In this document: positions 34,373-46,277 of the stretch, in pieces | How positions within the stretch are numbered: position 1 is the first letter of the stretch | Layout: each line of letters begins with the position of its first letter | Assembly (NCBI RefSeq): GCF_964194155.1 | Contig: NC_135903.1 | Span: forward strand, 1,488,001 to 1,552,000 | DNA length: 64,000 nt | Reading direction: 5' to 3' | Source of the DNA: Cetorhinus maximus | Taxonomy: Eukaryota | Position numbers and translations under genes: made by a program | The notes under the pieces: generated by a model | What the model saw: the letters and a program-made list of their open reading frames with translations, nothing else | What the model was told of the DNA's origin: nothing | Databases searched by the model: none

Positions 34373-35032
34373 ATGCTGAGCTGTCGGGCTTTCCACCCTT
34401 CACGTCTGTGCCAGCAGCCTGTGTACACATTGTGGCCTGTTCCACACAGGGTCTGGGAGCCTCTTGAATGCAACAGGTGGAAAGAGGTGGAAGAAGTGAG
34501 AAAGAGCATGAACTTCATGGAGCGAGTTCTTGAGGAGATGGCAAAAGAATTTTGGGAGGAAAAACCAAGAAATCAGGACAAGAGACCTGATGATAATGAA
34601 GAAGGGAAAAGACAATCAGAGGACAAGGAGGGAGATGGCTTTTCCCTGTCCCTGGATGTCCAGCGATTCTCCCCAGAAGAACTGAATGTGAAAGTACTTG
34701 GAAGAAAAGTGCTGGTGACAGGAAAACACGAGAAGAAAAGTGATGATGGCAGCGGCTCTTCCAGCTTCAATTATGAAGAGTTCAGGAGAGAATTTCAGCT
34801 GCCAGAAGATGTCGATGCTGAAGCTCTTAACTGCTGTTTGTCACAGGACGGTCGGTTAAAGGTTCAAGCCCCACGCCTGGCACTGCCCGCTGTGAATGAA
34901 CGAACCGTGCCCGTCAACATCACCTCGGATACAACAACCAGTCCCCGGCTAAATCCTGGCCAAGAGGCAGAGAAACTGGAGAGTGGGAAGGATCAGAGGA
35001 AAAATGAGGAGGAAGTAAAAATGGACAATTAA
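34373..35032 (+). CDS. HSP30: hsp30/HSPB9-like copy 5 (type B, 219 aa)
   Basis: Intact ORF; diagnostic CNRW, EEMAK, DKRPDD, SFNY, DQRK. Confidence 0.93.
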   Translation: MLSCRAFHPSRLCQQPVYTLWPVPHRVWEPLECNRWKEVEEVRKSMNFMERVLEEMAKEFWEEKPRNQDKRPDDNEEGKRQSEDKEGDGFSLSLDVQRFSPEELNVKVLGRKVLVTGKHEKKSDDGSGSSSFNYEEFRREFQLPEDVDAEALNCCLSQDGRLKVQAPRLALPAVNERTVPVNITSDTTTSPRLNPGQEAEKLESGKDQRKNEEEVKMDN

Positions 35033-37000
35033 ACCTCAATTACATTTATCTTTTGTACGATGTAAGAATGGTTTATTTGCAGAAATGAGTTTCTGAGACT
35101 ATGAAACAAAGGCTTAATGCTGAAAATGAATTGTTAATGTGTAAGTCTGAACTGTGTTGTTATAAGAATTCATGTGGATTGTTTTTATATATATGTATTT
35201 GGAAAAATAAATACTTTTGAAAATAATAGTGATGATTCAGCTTTTTTACCTTGTATAAAGAAACTAAAGTGACTCAGCGGAGAGACTAGACGTTTAGTTC
35301 CTATATTCTCAGTGAAGAAACACATATTTTAATTTGGATTCACCTAAATCCCAGAGAAAAAATTCTATTTGTCAAGATCTGTGTACAACTGGTCTCAGTC
35401 CAGAAAAAAATATATCAAATTATTGCACAGACCCAGTGCACCACATCTCTGTATTACCCTGCAGCCTGACAATGAGCAGCAACAACAGCTTATCTTCCAA
35501 CACAGACACCAGACTGGACACCACTCAATTACTGATGGTGGAATCCTCTTTCATTGGAGTTACCTGTTCAATTTAAATAATTGGGAGTAAAAACAAAGTT
35601 ATTTGCATTGTAAGCAACTTTTATAAAGTTTCTGTGAAATAATAATACTGATCCTGTACTATTGAACATAAGAACATCTGGAACAGGAGCATGCGTAGGC
35701 CATTCGGCCCCTCAAGCCTCCTTCACCGTTCAATGGATCACAGTTTACCTAATTCTGGCCGTAATTCCACCTTCCTCTCCGTTCCCCATAACTCTTGACT
35801 CCATTGTCAATCCAAAATCCATCTAACAGCCTTGAATATAATCAAAGACCCAGCTCTCCTGCTCACTGTGGAAGAGAGTTCCAATCGCAAACCTCCCTCT
35901 GAGAGAAGAAATTTCCCTGCATCTCCATCTTAAGTGGCAAACCTCTTATTTTTAAAGTGCCTCCTAGTCCTTGACTTCCCCCCTGAGGGAGAATATCCTC
36001 TCAGCAGCTATCCTGTCCAGCCCCAAAGAATCTTCCACACTTCAATAAGGGATCTGTATCTTAATGGATCAGTGTGGTGTGTAATATTTCTTGCAGTGTC
36101 AGTCAGCAGTTACATTCCTTCAGTAAATTTACTGTATGATACTGACGGACAAACAGCTCGTGTGTTTAGGTTGATGCTGGACAGTGGGAAACATCAACAA
36201 TCGTATCACAGGTTGCGGAATACGTGAGTAACGCCACAGCTTATTTATTTGTTAAAATGTTAAATGGTGTAAAAATGTAAATCCAGTCTATGAACTTAGA
36301 CTGAACCTGGAATCTATTTGATCGTAATGCTGCCAAAACACACCTGAGAATAAAGATTTATGTTGTAGTTTATAGGAAACTCCTGTGTGTGATGGAAACT
36401 CTCATTTACCAATTTAGGAACTTATGATGTTGAGAACTTGGCAACAACATTAATAGGCTGGGCCTTCATATTCATGAATTTAACATAATACAATATAAAA
36501 TTAAAACATTGCTACATTTTATCAATAATATGTTGTCAATGTTGATGTTATCAGTGAAGAGACCAGAGGGAAGATGAGCAGTTTTCATTTGTGTTGTTTT
36601 TTGTTACTGGAATGGATGAAGTGAAAGGGTAGATTCTATGGCAACTTTCAATATGGAAAAAGATATATACCTGCAAAGAAATAATTTGCAGAGTTTTGGC
36701 GAAAGAGCAGGGAAGTCGGGAGTAATTGGATAGCACTTTCAAAGACCTGACATAGGTGTGGTGGACCGAATGGCCTCATTTTGAGCTGAGAGATTCTGGA
36801 CCTGTCAGTAATTTATTATTAATTTTCTATATTTGCAAATCTTATATCAAAATACATAATGGACAACATGCTTTAGTAATTATGAATTACACAGCAGCTT
36901 TATATGTATCTATTGTGTTTTTAAACCTATGTTATTAGGATTAGAACGGAATTAATGCCTCAATCCAAACTTCACTCTTACAAAACTGATTTGAATTTCA

Positions 37001-37622
37001 AAAACAAAAACAGAAATACCTGGAAAAACGCAGCAGGTCTGGCAGCATCGGCGTAGAAGAGCACAGTTGACGTTTCGAGTCCTCACGACCTTTCAACGGA
37101 ACTAAGTAAAAATAGGAAAGGGGTGAAATATAATCTGGTTTAAGTGGGGTGGGGTGGGGTTGGGACAAGAAGAGCTAGGTAAAGGGCCAGTGATAGGAGG
37201 AGATAACCAAAGGATGTCACAGACAAAAGGAAAAAAGAGGTGTTGAAGGTGGTGATATTATCTAAAGGAATGTGCTCATTAAGGGTAGAAAGCAGGACGA
37301 GCAAGGTACAGATAGCCCTAGTGGGGGTGGGGTGGGGTGAAGGAATACTAAAAAGGCTAAAAGGTAAAGATAAAGCAATGGATGGAAATACATTTAAAAA
37401 TAATGGAAATAGGTGGGAAAAGAAAAACCCATATAAATTATTGGAAAAAACAAAAAGGAGGGTGTTAAAACGGAAAGGGGGTTGGGGATGGAGGAGAGAG
37501 TTCATGATCTAAAGTTGTTGAACTCAATATTCAGTCTGGAAGGCTGTAAAGTGCCTAGTTGGAAGATGAGGTGCTGTTCCTCCAGTTTGCGTTGGGCTTC
37601 ACTGGAACATTGCAGCAAGCCA
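37001..37622 (-). mobile_element. Penelope-like fragment, spacer 5-6
   Basis: Same insertion and TSD. Confidence 0.85.
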
Positions 37623-37859
37623 ATTTGAATTTCACACTTTTTCATTGATAGATGTGGCTTCAACATCTCAGAAATCAATGAAAACAGCAATACTAGAAAG
37701 AAAAAGACCGAGTCCTCATTCTCTCATAATATCTGTTCAAAGTTCATTCAGTTAAACGCATCTTATTCTCAGAATGTCTCATGTGTTTACACTTGCTCTG
37801 CCTTCTGTGAGGCTGTCAATCATTAACAATGCTCCTCCCATCTATTCCCTCATTGGCTG

Positions 37860-38032
37860 AGTACATTCCAGAAGTCTCTGGAACGGCTCCAGTGGGTGTC
37901 ACTGAGTCGAGTCATTCTTGTTTAAAGCAAGGCTGGGATGAGATGTCATTTATTTGCAGCTCACGTGTCATGAGTCCAGCAAAGTTGAGTTCATTCTGGA
38001 AATGTCTGGGTTTCTGGGAGTAGAATATATAA
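37860..38032 (+). promoter_or_regulatory. hsp30 copy 6 promoter
   Basis: HSEs + TATATAA. Confidence 0.85.
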
Positions 38033-38125
38033 GGCGTGTGTTCTGAGTGCTGCAGCAGATCAGAGACTGAAGACTGGGAGTTCACATCAGTCGGTTTGAG
38101 AGAAGTGAGAGAAGAGGCAGAGACA

Positions 38126-38785
38126 ATGCTGAGCTGTCGGGCTTTCCACCCTTCACGTCTGTGCCAGCAGCCTGTGTACACATTGTGGCCTGTTCCACAC
38201 AGGGTCTGGGAGCCGCTTGAATGCAACACGTGGAAAGAGGTGGAAGAAGCGAGAAAGAGCATGAACTTCATGGATCAAGTTCTTGAGGAGCTGGCAAAAG
38301 AATTTTGGGAGGAAAAACCAAGAAATCAGGACAACAAAACTGATGATAATAAAGAAGGCAAAGGACAATCAGACGACAAGGAGGGAAATGGCTTTTCTCT
38401 GTCCCTGGATGTCCAGCGATTCTCCCCAGAAGAACTGAATGTGAAAGTACTTGGAAGAAAAGTGCTGGTGACAGGAAAACACGAGAAGAAAAGTGATGAT
38501 GGCAGCGGCTCTTCCAGCTACAAATATGAAGAGTTCAGGAGAGAATTTCAGCTGCCAAAAGATGTCGATGCTGAAGCTCTTAACTGCTGTTTGTCACAGG
38601 ACGGTCGGTTAAAGGTTCAAGCCCCACGCCTGGCACTGCCAGCTGTGAATGAACGAACCGTGCCCGTCAACATCACCTCGGATACAACAACCAGTCCCCG
38701 GCTAAATCCTGGCCAAGAGGCACAGAAACTGGAGAGTGGGAAGGATGAGAGAAAAAATGAGGAGGAAGTGAAAATGGACAATTAA
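38126..38785 (+). CDS. HSP30: hsp30/HSPB9-like copy 6 (type A)
   Basis: Intact ORF; protein identical to copy 4. Confidence 0.93.
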   Translation: MLSCRAFHPSRLCQQPVYTLWPVPHRVWEPLECNTWKEVEEARKSMNFMDQVLEELAKEFWEEKPRNQDNKTDDNKEGKGQSDDKEGNGFSLSLDVQRFSPEELNVKVLGRKVLVTGKHEKKSDDGSGSSSYKYEEFRREFQLPKDVDAEALNCCLSQDGRLKVQAPRLALPAVNERTVPVNITSDTTTSPRLNPGQEAQKLESGKDERKNEEEVKMDN

Positions 38786-40753
38786 ATCTCATTTACAGTT
38801 ATCTTTTGTAAGAAGTAAGAATGGTTTATTTGCAGAAATGAGTTTCTGAGACCATGAAATGAAGGCTTAATGCTGAAAATGAATTGTTAATGTGTAAGTC
38901 TGAACTGTGTTGTTATCAGAATTCATGTGGATTATTTTGATATATATGTATTTGGAAAAATAAATACTTTTGAAAATAATAGTGATGATTCAGCTTTTTT
39001 ACCCTGTATAAAGAAACTAAAGTGACTCAGCGGAGAGACTAGACGTTTAGTTCCTATATTCTCAGTGAGGAAAAACATATTTTAATTTGGATTCACCTAA
39101 AACCCAGAGAAAAAATTCTATTTGTCAAGATCTGTCTCCAACTGGTCTCACTCCAGAAAACAATATATCAAATGATTGCACAGACCCAGTGCACCAAATC
39201 TCTGTATTACTCTGCAGCCTGACAATGAGCAGCAACAACAGCTTATCTTCCAACACAGACACCAGACTGGACACCACTCCATTACTGATGGTGGAATCCT
39301 CTTTCATTGGAGTTACCTGTTCAATTTAAATAATTGGGAGGAAAAGCAAAGTTAGTTGCATTGTAAGCAACTTTTATAAAGTTTCTGTGAAATAATATTA
39401 CTGATCCTGTACTATTGAACATAAGAACATCTGGAACAGGAGAACGCGTAGGCCATTCGGCCCCTCAAGCCTCCTTCACCATTCAATGCATCACAGTTTA
39501 CCTAATTCTGGACGTAATTCCACCTTCCTCTCCGTTCCCCACAACCCTTGACTCCATTGTCAATCCAAAATCCATCTAACAGCCTTGAATATAATCAAAG
39601 ACCCAGCACTCCTGCTCACTGTGGAAGAGAGTTCCAATCACAAAGGCCCCTCTGAGAGAAGAAATTTCTCGGCATCTCCATCTTAAGTGGCAGACCTCTT
39701 ATTTTTAAAGTGCCTCCTAGTTCTTGATTTCCCCCCTGAGGGAGAACATCCTCTCAGCAGCTATCCTGTCCAGCCCCAAAGAATCTTCCACACTTCAGTA
39801 AGGGATCTGTATCTTACTGGATCAGTGTGGTGTGTAATATTTCTTGCAGTGTCAGTCAGCAGTTATATTCCTTCAGCAAATTTACTGTATGATACTGACG
39901 GACAAACAGCTCGTGTGTTTAGGTTGATGCTGGACAGTGGGAAACATCAACAATCGTATCACAGGTTGCGGAATACGTGATTAACGCCACAGCTTATTTA
40001 TTTGTTAAAATGTTAAATGGTGTAAAAATGTAAATCCAGCCTCTGAACTTAGTCTGAACCTGGAATCTATTTGATCGTAACGCTGCCAAAACACACCTGA
40101 GAATAAAGATTTATGTTGTAGTTTATAGGAAACTCCTGTGTGTGATGGAAACTCTCATTTACCAATTTAGGAAGTTATGATGTTGAGAACTTGGCAACAA
40201 CATTAATAGGCTGGGCCTTCATATTCATGAATTTAACATAATACAATATAAAATTAAAACATTGCTACATTTTATCAATAATATGTTGTCAATGTTGATG
40301 TTATCAGTGAAGAGACCAGAGGGAAGATGAGCAGTTTTCATTTGTGTTGTTTTTTGTTACTGGAATGGATGGAGTGAAAGGGTAGATTCTATGGCAACTT
40401 TCAATATGGAAAAAGATATATACCTGCAAAGAAATAATTTGCAGAGTTTTGGCGAAAGAGCAGGGAAGTCGGGAGTAATTGGATAGCACTTTCAAAGACC
40501 TGACATAGGTGTGGTGGACCGAATGGCCTCATTTTGAGCTGAGAGATTCTGGACCTGTCAGTAATTTATTATTAATTTTCTATATTTGCAAATCTTATAT
40601 CAAAATACATAATGGACAACATGCTTTAGTAATTATGAATTACACAGCAGCTTTATATGTATCTATTCTGTTTCTAAATCTATGTTATTAGGATTAGAAT
40701 GGAATTAATGCCTCAATCCGAACTTCACTCTTACAAAACTGATTTGAATTTCA

Positions 40754-41367
40754 AAAACAAAAACAGAAATACCTGGAAAAACTCAGATGGTCTGGTAGCA
40801 TCGGTGGAGAAGAGGACAGTTGACGTTTCGAATCCTCATGACCCTTCAACAGAACTAAGTAAAAATAGGAAATGGGTGAAATATAAGCTGGTTTAAGGGG
40901 GGGTGGGTGGGACAAGAAGAGTTGGATAGAGGGCCAGTGATAGGAGGAGATAACCAAAAGATGTCATAGACAAAAGGAAAAAAGAGGTGTTGAAGGGAGT
41001 GATATTATTTAAAGGAATGTGCTAAGTAAGGGTAGAAAGCAGGACGAGCAAGGTACAGATAGCCCTAGTGGGGGGTGGGGTGGGGTGAAGGAATACTAAA
41101 AAGGCTAAAAAGTAAAGATAAAGTAATGGATGGAAATACATTTAAATATAATGGAAATAGGTGGGAAAGGAAAAATCCATATAAATTTTGGAAAAAACAA
41201 AAAGGAGGGGGGAAAACGGAAAGGGGGTGGGGATGGAGGAGAGAGTTCATGATCTAAAATTGTTGAACTCAATATTCAGTCTGGAAGGTTGTAAAGTGCC
41301 TAGTCGGAAGATGAGGTGCTGTTCCTCCAGTTTGCTTTGAGATTCACTGGAACAATGCAGCAAGCCA
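40754..41367 (-). mobile_element. Penelope-like fragment, spacer 6-7
   Basis: Same insertion and TSD. Confidence 0.85.
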
Positions 41368-41598
41368 ATTTGAATTTCACTCTTTTTCATTGATAGATGT
41401 GGCTTCAACATCTCAGAAATCAATGAAAACAGCAATACTAGAAAGAAAAAGACCACATTCTCTCATAGAATCTGTTCAAAGTTCATTCAGTTAAACGCAT
41501 CTTATTCTCAGAATATCTCATGTGTTTACACTTGCTCTGCCTTCTGTGAGGCTGTCAATCATTAACAATGCTCCTCCCATCTGTTCCCTCACTGGCTG

Positions 41599-41771
41599 AG
41601 TACATTCCAGAAGTCTCTGGAACGGCTCCAGTGGGTGTCACTGAGTCGAGTCATTCTTGTTTAAAGCAAGGCTGGGATGAGATGTCATTTATTTGCAGCT
41701 CACGTGTCATGAGTCCAGCAAAGTTGAGTTCATTCTGGAAATGTCTGGGTTTCTGGGAGTAGAATATATAA
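41599..41771 (+). promoter_or_regulatory. hsp30 copy 7 promoter
   Basis: HSEs + TATATAA. Confidence 0.85.
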
Positions 41772-41864
41772 GGCGTGTGTTCTGAGTGCTGCAGCAGATC
41801 AGAGACTGAAGACTGGGAGTTCACATCAGTCGGTTTGAGAGAAGTGAGAGAAGAGGCAGAGACA

Positions 41865-42524
41865 ATGCTGAGCTGTCGGGCTTTCCACCCTTCACGTCTG
41901 TGCCAGCAGCCTGTGTACACATTGTGGCCTGTTCCACACAGGGTCTGGGAGCCTCTTGAATGCAACAGGTGGAAAGAGGTGGAAGAAGTGAGAAAGAGCA
42001 TGAACTTCATGGAGCGAGTTCTTGAGGAGATGGCAAAAGAATTTTGGGAGGAAAAACCAAGAAATCAGGACAAGAGACCTGATGATAATGAAGAAGGGAA
42101 AAGACAATCAGAGGACAAGGAGGGAGATGGCTTTTCCCTGTCCCTGGATGTCCAGCGATTCTCCCCAGAAGAACTGAATGTGAAAGTACTTGGAAGAAAA
42201 GTGCTGGTGACAGGAAAACACGAGAAGAAAAGTGATGATGGCAGCGGCTCTTCCAGCTTCAATTATGAAGAGTTCAGGAGAGAATTTCAGCTGCCAGAAG
42301 ATGTCGATGCTGAAGCTCTTAACTGCTGTTTGTCACAGGACGGTCGGTTAAAGGTTCAAGCCCCACGCCTGGCACTGCCCGCTATGAATGAACGAACCGT
42401 GCCCGTCAACATCACCTCGGATACAACAACCAGTCCCCGGCTAAATCCTGGCCAAGAGGCAGAGAAACTGGAGAGTGGGAAGGATCAGAGGAAAAATGAG
42501 GAGGAAGTAAAAATGGACAATTAA
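41865..42524 (+). CDS. HSP30: hsp30/HSPB9-like copy 7 (type B)
   Basis: Intact ORF; differs from copy 5 by V>M (PAMNE). Confidence 0.93.
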   Translation: MLSCRAFHPSRLCQQPVYTLWPVPHRVWEPLECNRWKEVEEVRKSMNFMERVLEEMAKEFWEEKPRNQDKRPDDNEEGKRQSEDKEGDGFSLSLDVQRFSPEELNVKVLGRKVLVTGKHEKKSDDGSGSSSFNYEEFRREFQLPEDVDAEALNCCLSQDGRLKVQAPRLALPAMNERTVPVNITSDTTTSPRLNPGQEAEKLESGKDQRKNEEEVKMDN

Positions 42525-44492
42525 ACCTCAAATACATTTATCTTTTGTACGATGTAAGAATGGTTTATTTGCAGAAATGAGTTTCTGAGACTATGAAACA
42601 AAGGCTTAATGCTGAAAATGAATTGTTAATGTGTAAGTCTGAACTGTGTTGTTATAAGAATTCATGTGGATTGTTTTTATATATATGTATTTGGAAAAAT
42701 AAATACTTTTGAAAATAATAGTGATGATTCAGCTTTTTTACCTTGTATAAAGAAACTAAAGTGACTCAGCGGAGAGACTAGACGTTTAGTTCCTATATTC
42801 TCAGTGAAGAAACACATATTTTAATTTGGATTCACCTAAATCCCAGAGAAAAAATTCTATTTGTCAAGATCTGTGTACAACTGGTCTCAGTCCAGAAAAA
42901 AATATATCAAATTATTGCACAGACCCAGTGCACCACATCTCTGTATTACCCTGCAGCCTGACAATGAGCAGCAACAACAGCTTATCTTCCAACACAGACA
43001 CCAGACTGGACACCACTCAATTACTGATGGTGGAATCCTCTTTCATTGGAGTTACCTGTTCAATTTAAATAATTGGGAGTAAAAACAAAGTTATTTGCAT
43101 TGTAAGCAACTTTTATAAAGTTTCTGTGAAATAATAATACTGATCCTGTACTATTGAACATAAGAACATCTGGAACAGGAGCATGCGTAGGCCATTCGGC
43201 CCCTCAAGCCTCCTTCACCGTTCAATGGATCACAGTTTACCTAATTCTGGCCGTAATTCCACCTTCCTCTCCGTTCCCCATAACTCTTGACTCCATTGTC
43301 AATCCAAAATCCATCTAACAGCCTTGAATATAATCAAAGACCCAGCTCTCCTGCTCACTGTGGAAGAGAGTTCCAATCGCAAACCTCCCTCTGAGAGAAG
43401 AAATTTCCCTGCATCTCCATCTTAAGTGGCAAACCTCTTATTTTTAAAGTGCCTCCTAGTCCTTGACTTCCCCCCTGAGGGAGAATATCCTCTCAGCAGC
43501 TATCCTGTCCAGCCCCAAAGAATCTTCCACACTTCAATAAGGGATCTGTATCTTAATGGATCAGTGTGGTGTGTAATATTTCTTGCAGTGTCAGTCAGCA
43601 GTTACATTCCTTCAGTAAATTTACTGTATGATACTGACGGACAAACAGCTCGTGTGTTTAGGTTGATGCTGGACAGTGGGAAACATCAACAATCGTATCA
43701 CAGGTTGCGGAATACGTGAGTAACGCCACAGCTTATTTATTTGTTAAAATGTTAAATGGTGTAAAAATGTAAATCCAGTCTATGAACTTAGACTGAACCT
43801 GGAATCTATTTGATCGTAATGCTGCCAAAACACACCTGAGAATAAAGATTTATGTTGTAGTTTATAGGAAACTCCCGTGTGTGATGGAAACTCTCATTTA
43901 CCAATTTAGGAACTTATGATGTTGAGAACTTGGCAACAACATTAATAGGCTGGGCCTTCATATTCATGAATTTAACATAATACAATAAAAAATTAAAACA
44001 TTGCTACATTTTATCAATAATATGTTGTCAATGTTGATGTTATCAGTGAAGAGACCAGAGGGAAGATGAGCAGTTTTCATTTGTGTTGTTTTTTGTTACT
44101 GGAATGGATGAAGTGAAAGGGTAGATTCTATGGCAACTTTCAATATGGAAAAAGATATATACCTGCAAAGAAATAATTTGCAGAGTTTTGGCGAAAGAGC
44201 AGGGAAGTCGGGAGTAATTGGATAGCACTTTCAAAGACCTGACATAGGTGTGGTGGACCGAATGGCCTCATTTTGAACTGAGAGATTCTGGACCTGTCAG
44301 TAATTTATTATTAATTTTCTATATTTGCAAATCTTATATCAAAATACATAATGGACAACATGCTTTAGTAATTATGAATTACACAGCAGCTTTATATGTA
44401 TCTATTGTGTTTTTAAACCTATGTTATTAGGATTAGAACGGAATTAATGCCTCAATCCAAACTTCACTCTTACAAAACTGATTTGAATTTCA

Positions 44493-45114
44493 AAAACAAA
44501 AACAGAAATACCTGGAAAAACTCAGCAGGTCTGGCAGCATCGGCGTAGAAGAGCACAGTTGACGTTTCGAGTCCTCACGACCTTTCAACGGAACTAAGTA
44601 AAAATAGGAAAGGGGTGAAATATAATCTGGTTTAAGTGGGGTGGGGTGGGGTTGGGACAAGAAGAGCTAGGTAAAGGGCCAGTGATAGGAGGAGATAACC
44701 AAAGGATGTCACAGACAAAAGGAAAAAAGAGGTGTTGAAGGTGGTGATATTATCTAAAGGAATGTGCTCATTAAGGGTAGAAAGCAGGACGAGCAAGGTA
44801 CAGATAGCCCTAGTGGGGGTGGGGTGGGGTGAAGGAATACTAAAAAGGCTAAAAGGTAAAGATAAAGCAATGGATGGAAATACATTTAAAAATAATGGAA
44901 ATAGGTAGGAAAAGAGAAATCCATATAAATTATTGGAAAAAACAAAAAGGAGGGGGGAAGAACGGAAAAGGGGATGGGAATGGAGGAGAGAGTTCATGAT
45001 CTAAAGTTGTTGAACTCAATATTCAGTCTAGAAGGCTGTAAAGTGCCTAGTTGGAAGATGAGGTGCTGTTCCTCCAGTTTGCGTTGGGCTTCACTGGAAC
45101 ATTGCAGCAAGCCA
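44493..45114 (-). mobile_element. Penelope-like fragment, spacer 7-8
   Basis: Same insertion and TSD. Confidence 0.85.
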
Positions 45115-45351
45115 ATTTGAATTTCACACTTTTTCATTGATAGATGTGGCTTCAACATCTCAGAAATCAATGAAAACAGCAATACTAGAAAGAAAAAGAC
45201 CGAGTCCTCATTCTCTCATAATATCTGTTCAAAGTTCATTCAGTTAAACGCATCTTATTCTCAGAATGTCTCATGTGTTTACACTTGCTCTGCCTTCTGT
45301 GAGGCTGTCAATCATTAACAATGCTCCTCCCATCTATTCCCTCATTGGCTG

Positions 45352-45524
45352 AGTACATTCCAGAAGTCTCTGGAACGGCTCCAGTGGGTGTCACTGAGTC
45401 GAGTCATTCTTGTTTAAAGCAAGGCTGGGATGAGATGTCATTTATTTGCAGCTCACGTGTCATGAGTCCAGCAAAGTTGAGTTCATTCTGGAAATGTCTG
45501 GGTTTCTGGGAGTAGAATATATAA
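45352..45524 (+). promoter_or_regulatory. hsp30 copy 8 promoter
   Basis: HSEs + TATATAA. Confidence 0.85.
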
Positions 45525-45617
45525 GGCGTGTGTTCTGAGTGCTGCAGCAGATCAGAGACTGAAGACTGGGAGTTCACATCAGTCGGTTTGAGAGAAGTGA
45601 GAGAAGAGGCAGAGACA

Positions 45618-46277
45618 ATGCTGAGCTGTCGGGCTTTCCACCCTTCACGTCTGTGCCAGCAGCCTGTGTACACATTGTGGCCTGTTCCACACAGGGTCTG
45701 GGAGCTGCTTGAATGCAACACGTGGAAAGAGGTGGAAGAAGCGAGAAAGAGCATGAACTTCATGGATCAAGTTCTTGAGGAGCTGGCAAAAGAATTTTGG
45801 GAGGAAAAACCAAGAAATCAGGACAACAAAACTGATGATAATAAAGAAGGCAAAGGACAATCAGACGACAAGGAGGGAAATGGCTTTTCTCTGTCCCTGG
45901 ATGTCCAGCGATTCTCCCCAGAAGAACTGAATGTGAAAGTACTTGGAAGAAAAGTGCTGGTGACAGGAAAACACGAGAAGAAAAGTGATGATGGCAGCGG
46001 CTCTTCCAGCTACAAATATGAAGAGTTCAGGAGAGAATTTCAGCTGCCAAAAGATGTCGATGCTGAAGCTCTTAACTGCTGTTTGTCACAGGACGGTCGG
46101 TTAAAGGTTCAAGCCCCACGCCTGGCACTGCCAGCTGTGAATGAACGAACCGTGCCCGTCAACATCACCTCGGATACAACAACCAGTCCCCGGCTAAATC
46201 CTGGCCAAGAGGCACAGAAACTGGAGAGTGGGAAGGATGAGAGAAAAAATGAGGAGGAAGTGAAAATGGACAATTAA
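45618..46277 (+). CDS. HSP30: hsp30/HSPB9-like copy 8 (type A)
   Basis: Intact ORF; differs from copy 4 by P>L (WELLE). Confidence 0.93.
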   Translation: MLSCRAFHPSRLCQQPVYTLWPVPHRVWELLECNTWKEVEEARKSMNFMDQVLEELAKEFWEEKPRNQDNKTDDNKEGKGQSDDKEGNGFSLSLDVQRFSPEELNVKVLGRKVLVTGKHEKKSDDGSGSSSYKYEEFRREFQLPKDVDAEALNCCLSQDGRLKVQAPRLALPAVNERTVPVNITSDTTTSPRLNPGQEAQKLESGKDERKNEEEVKMDN

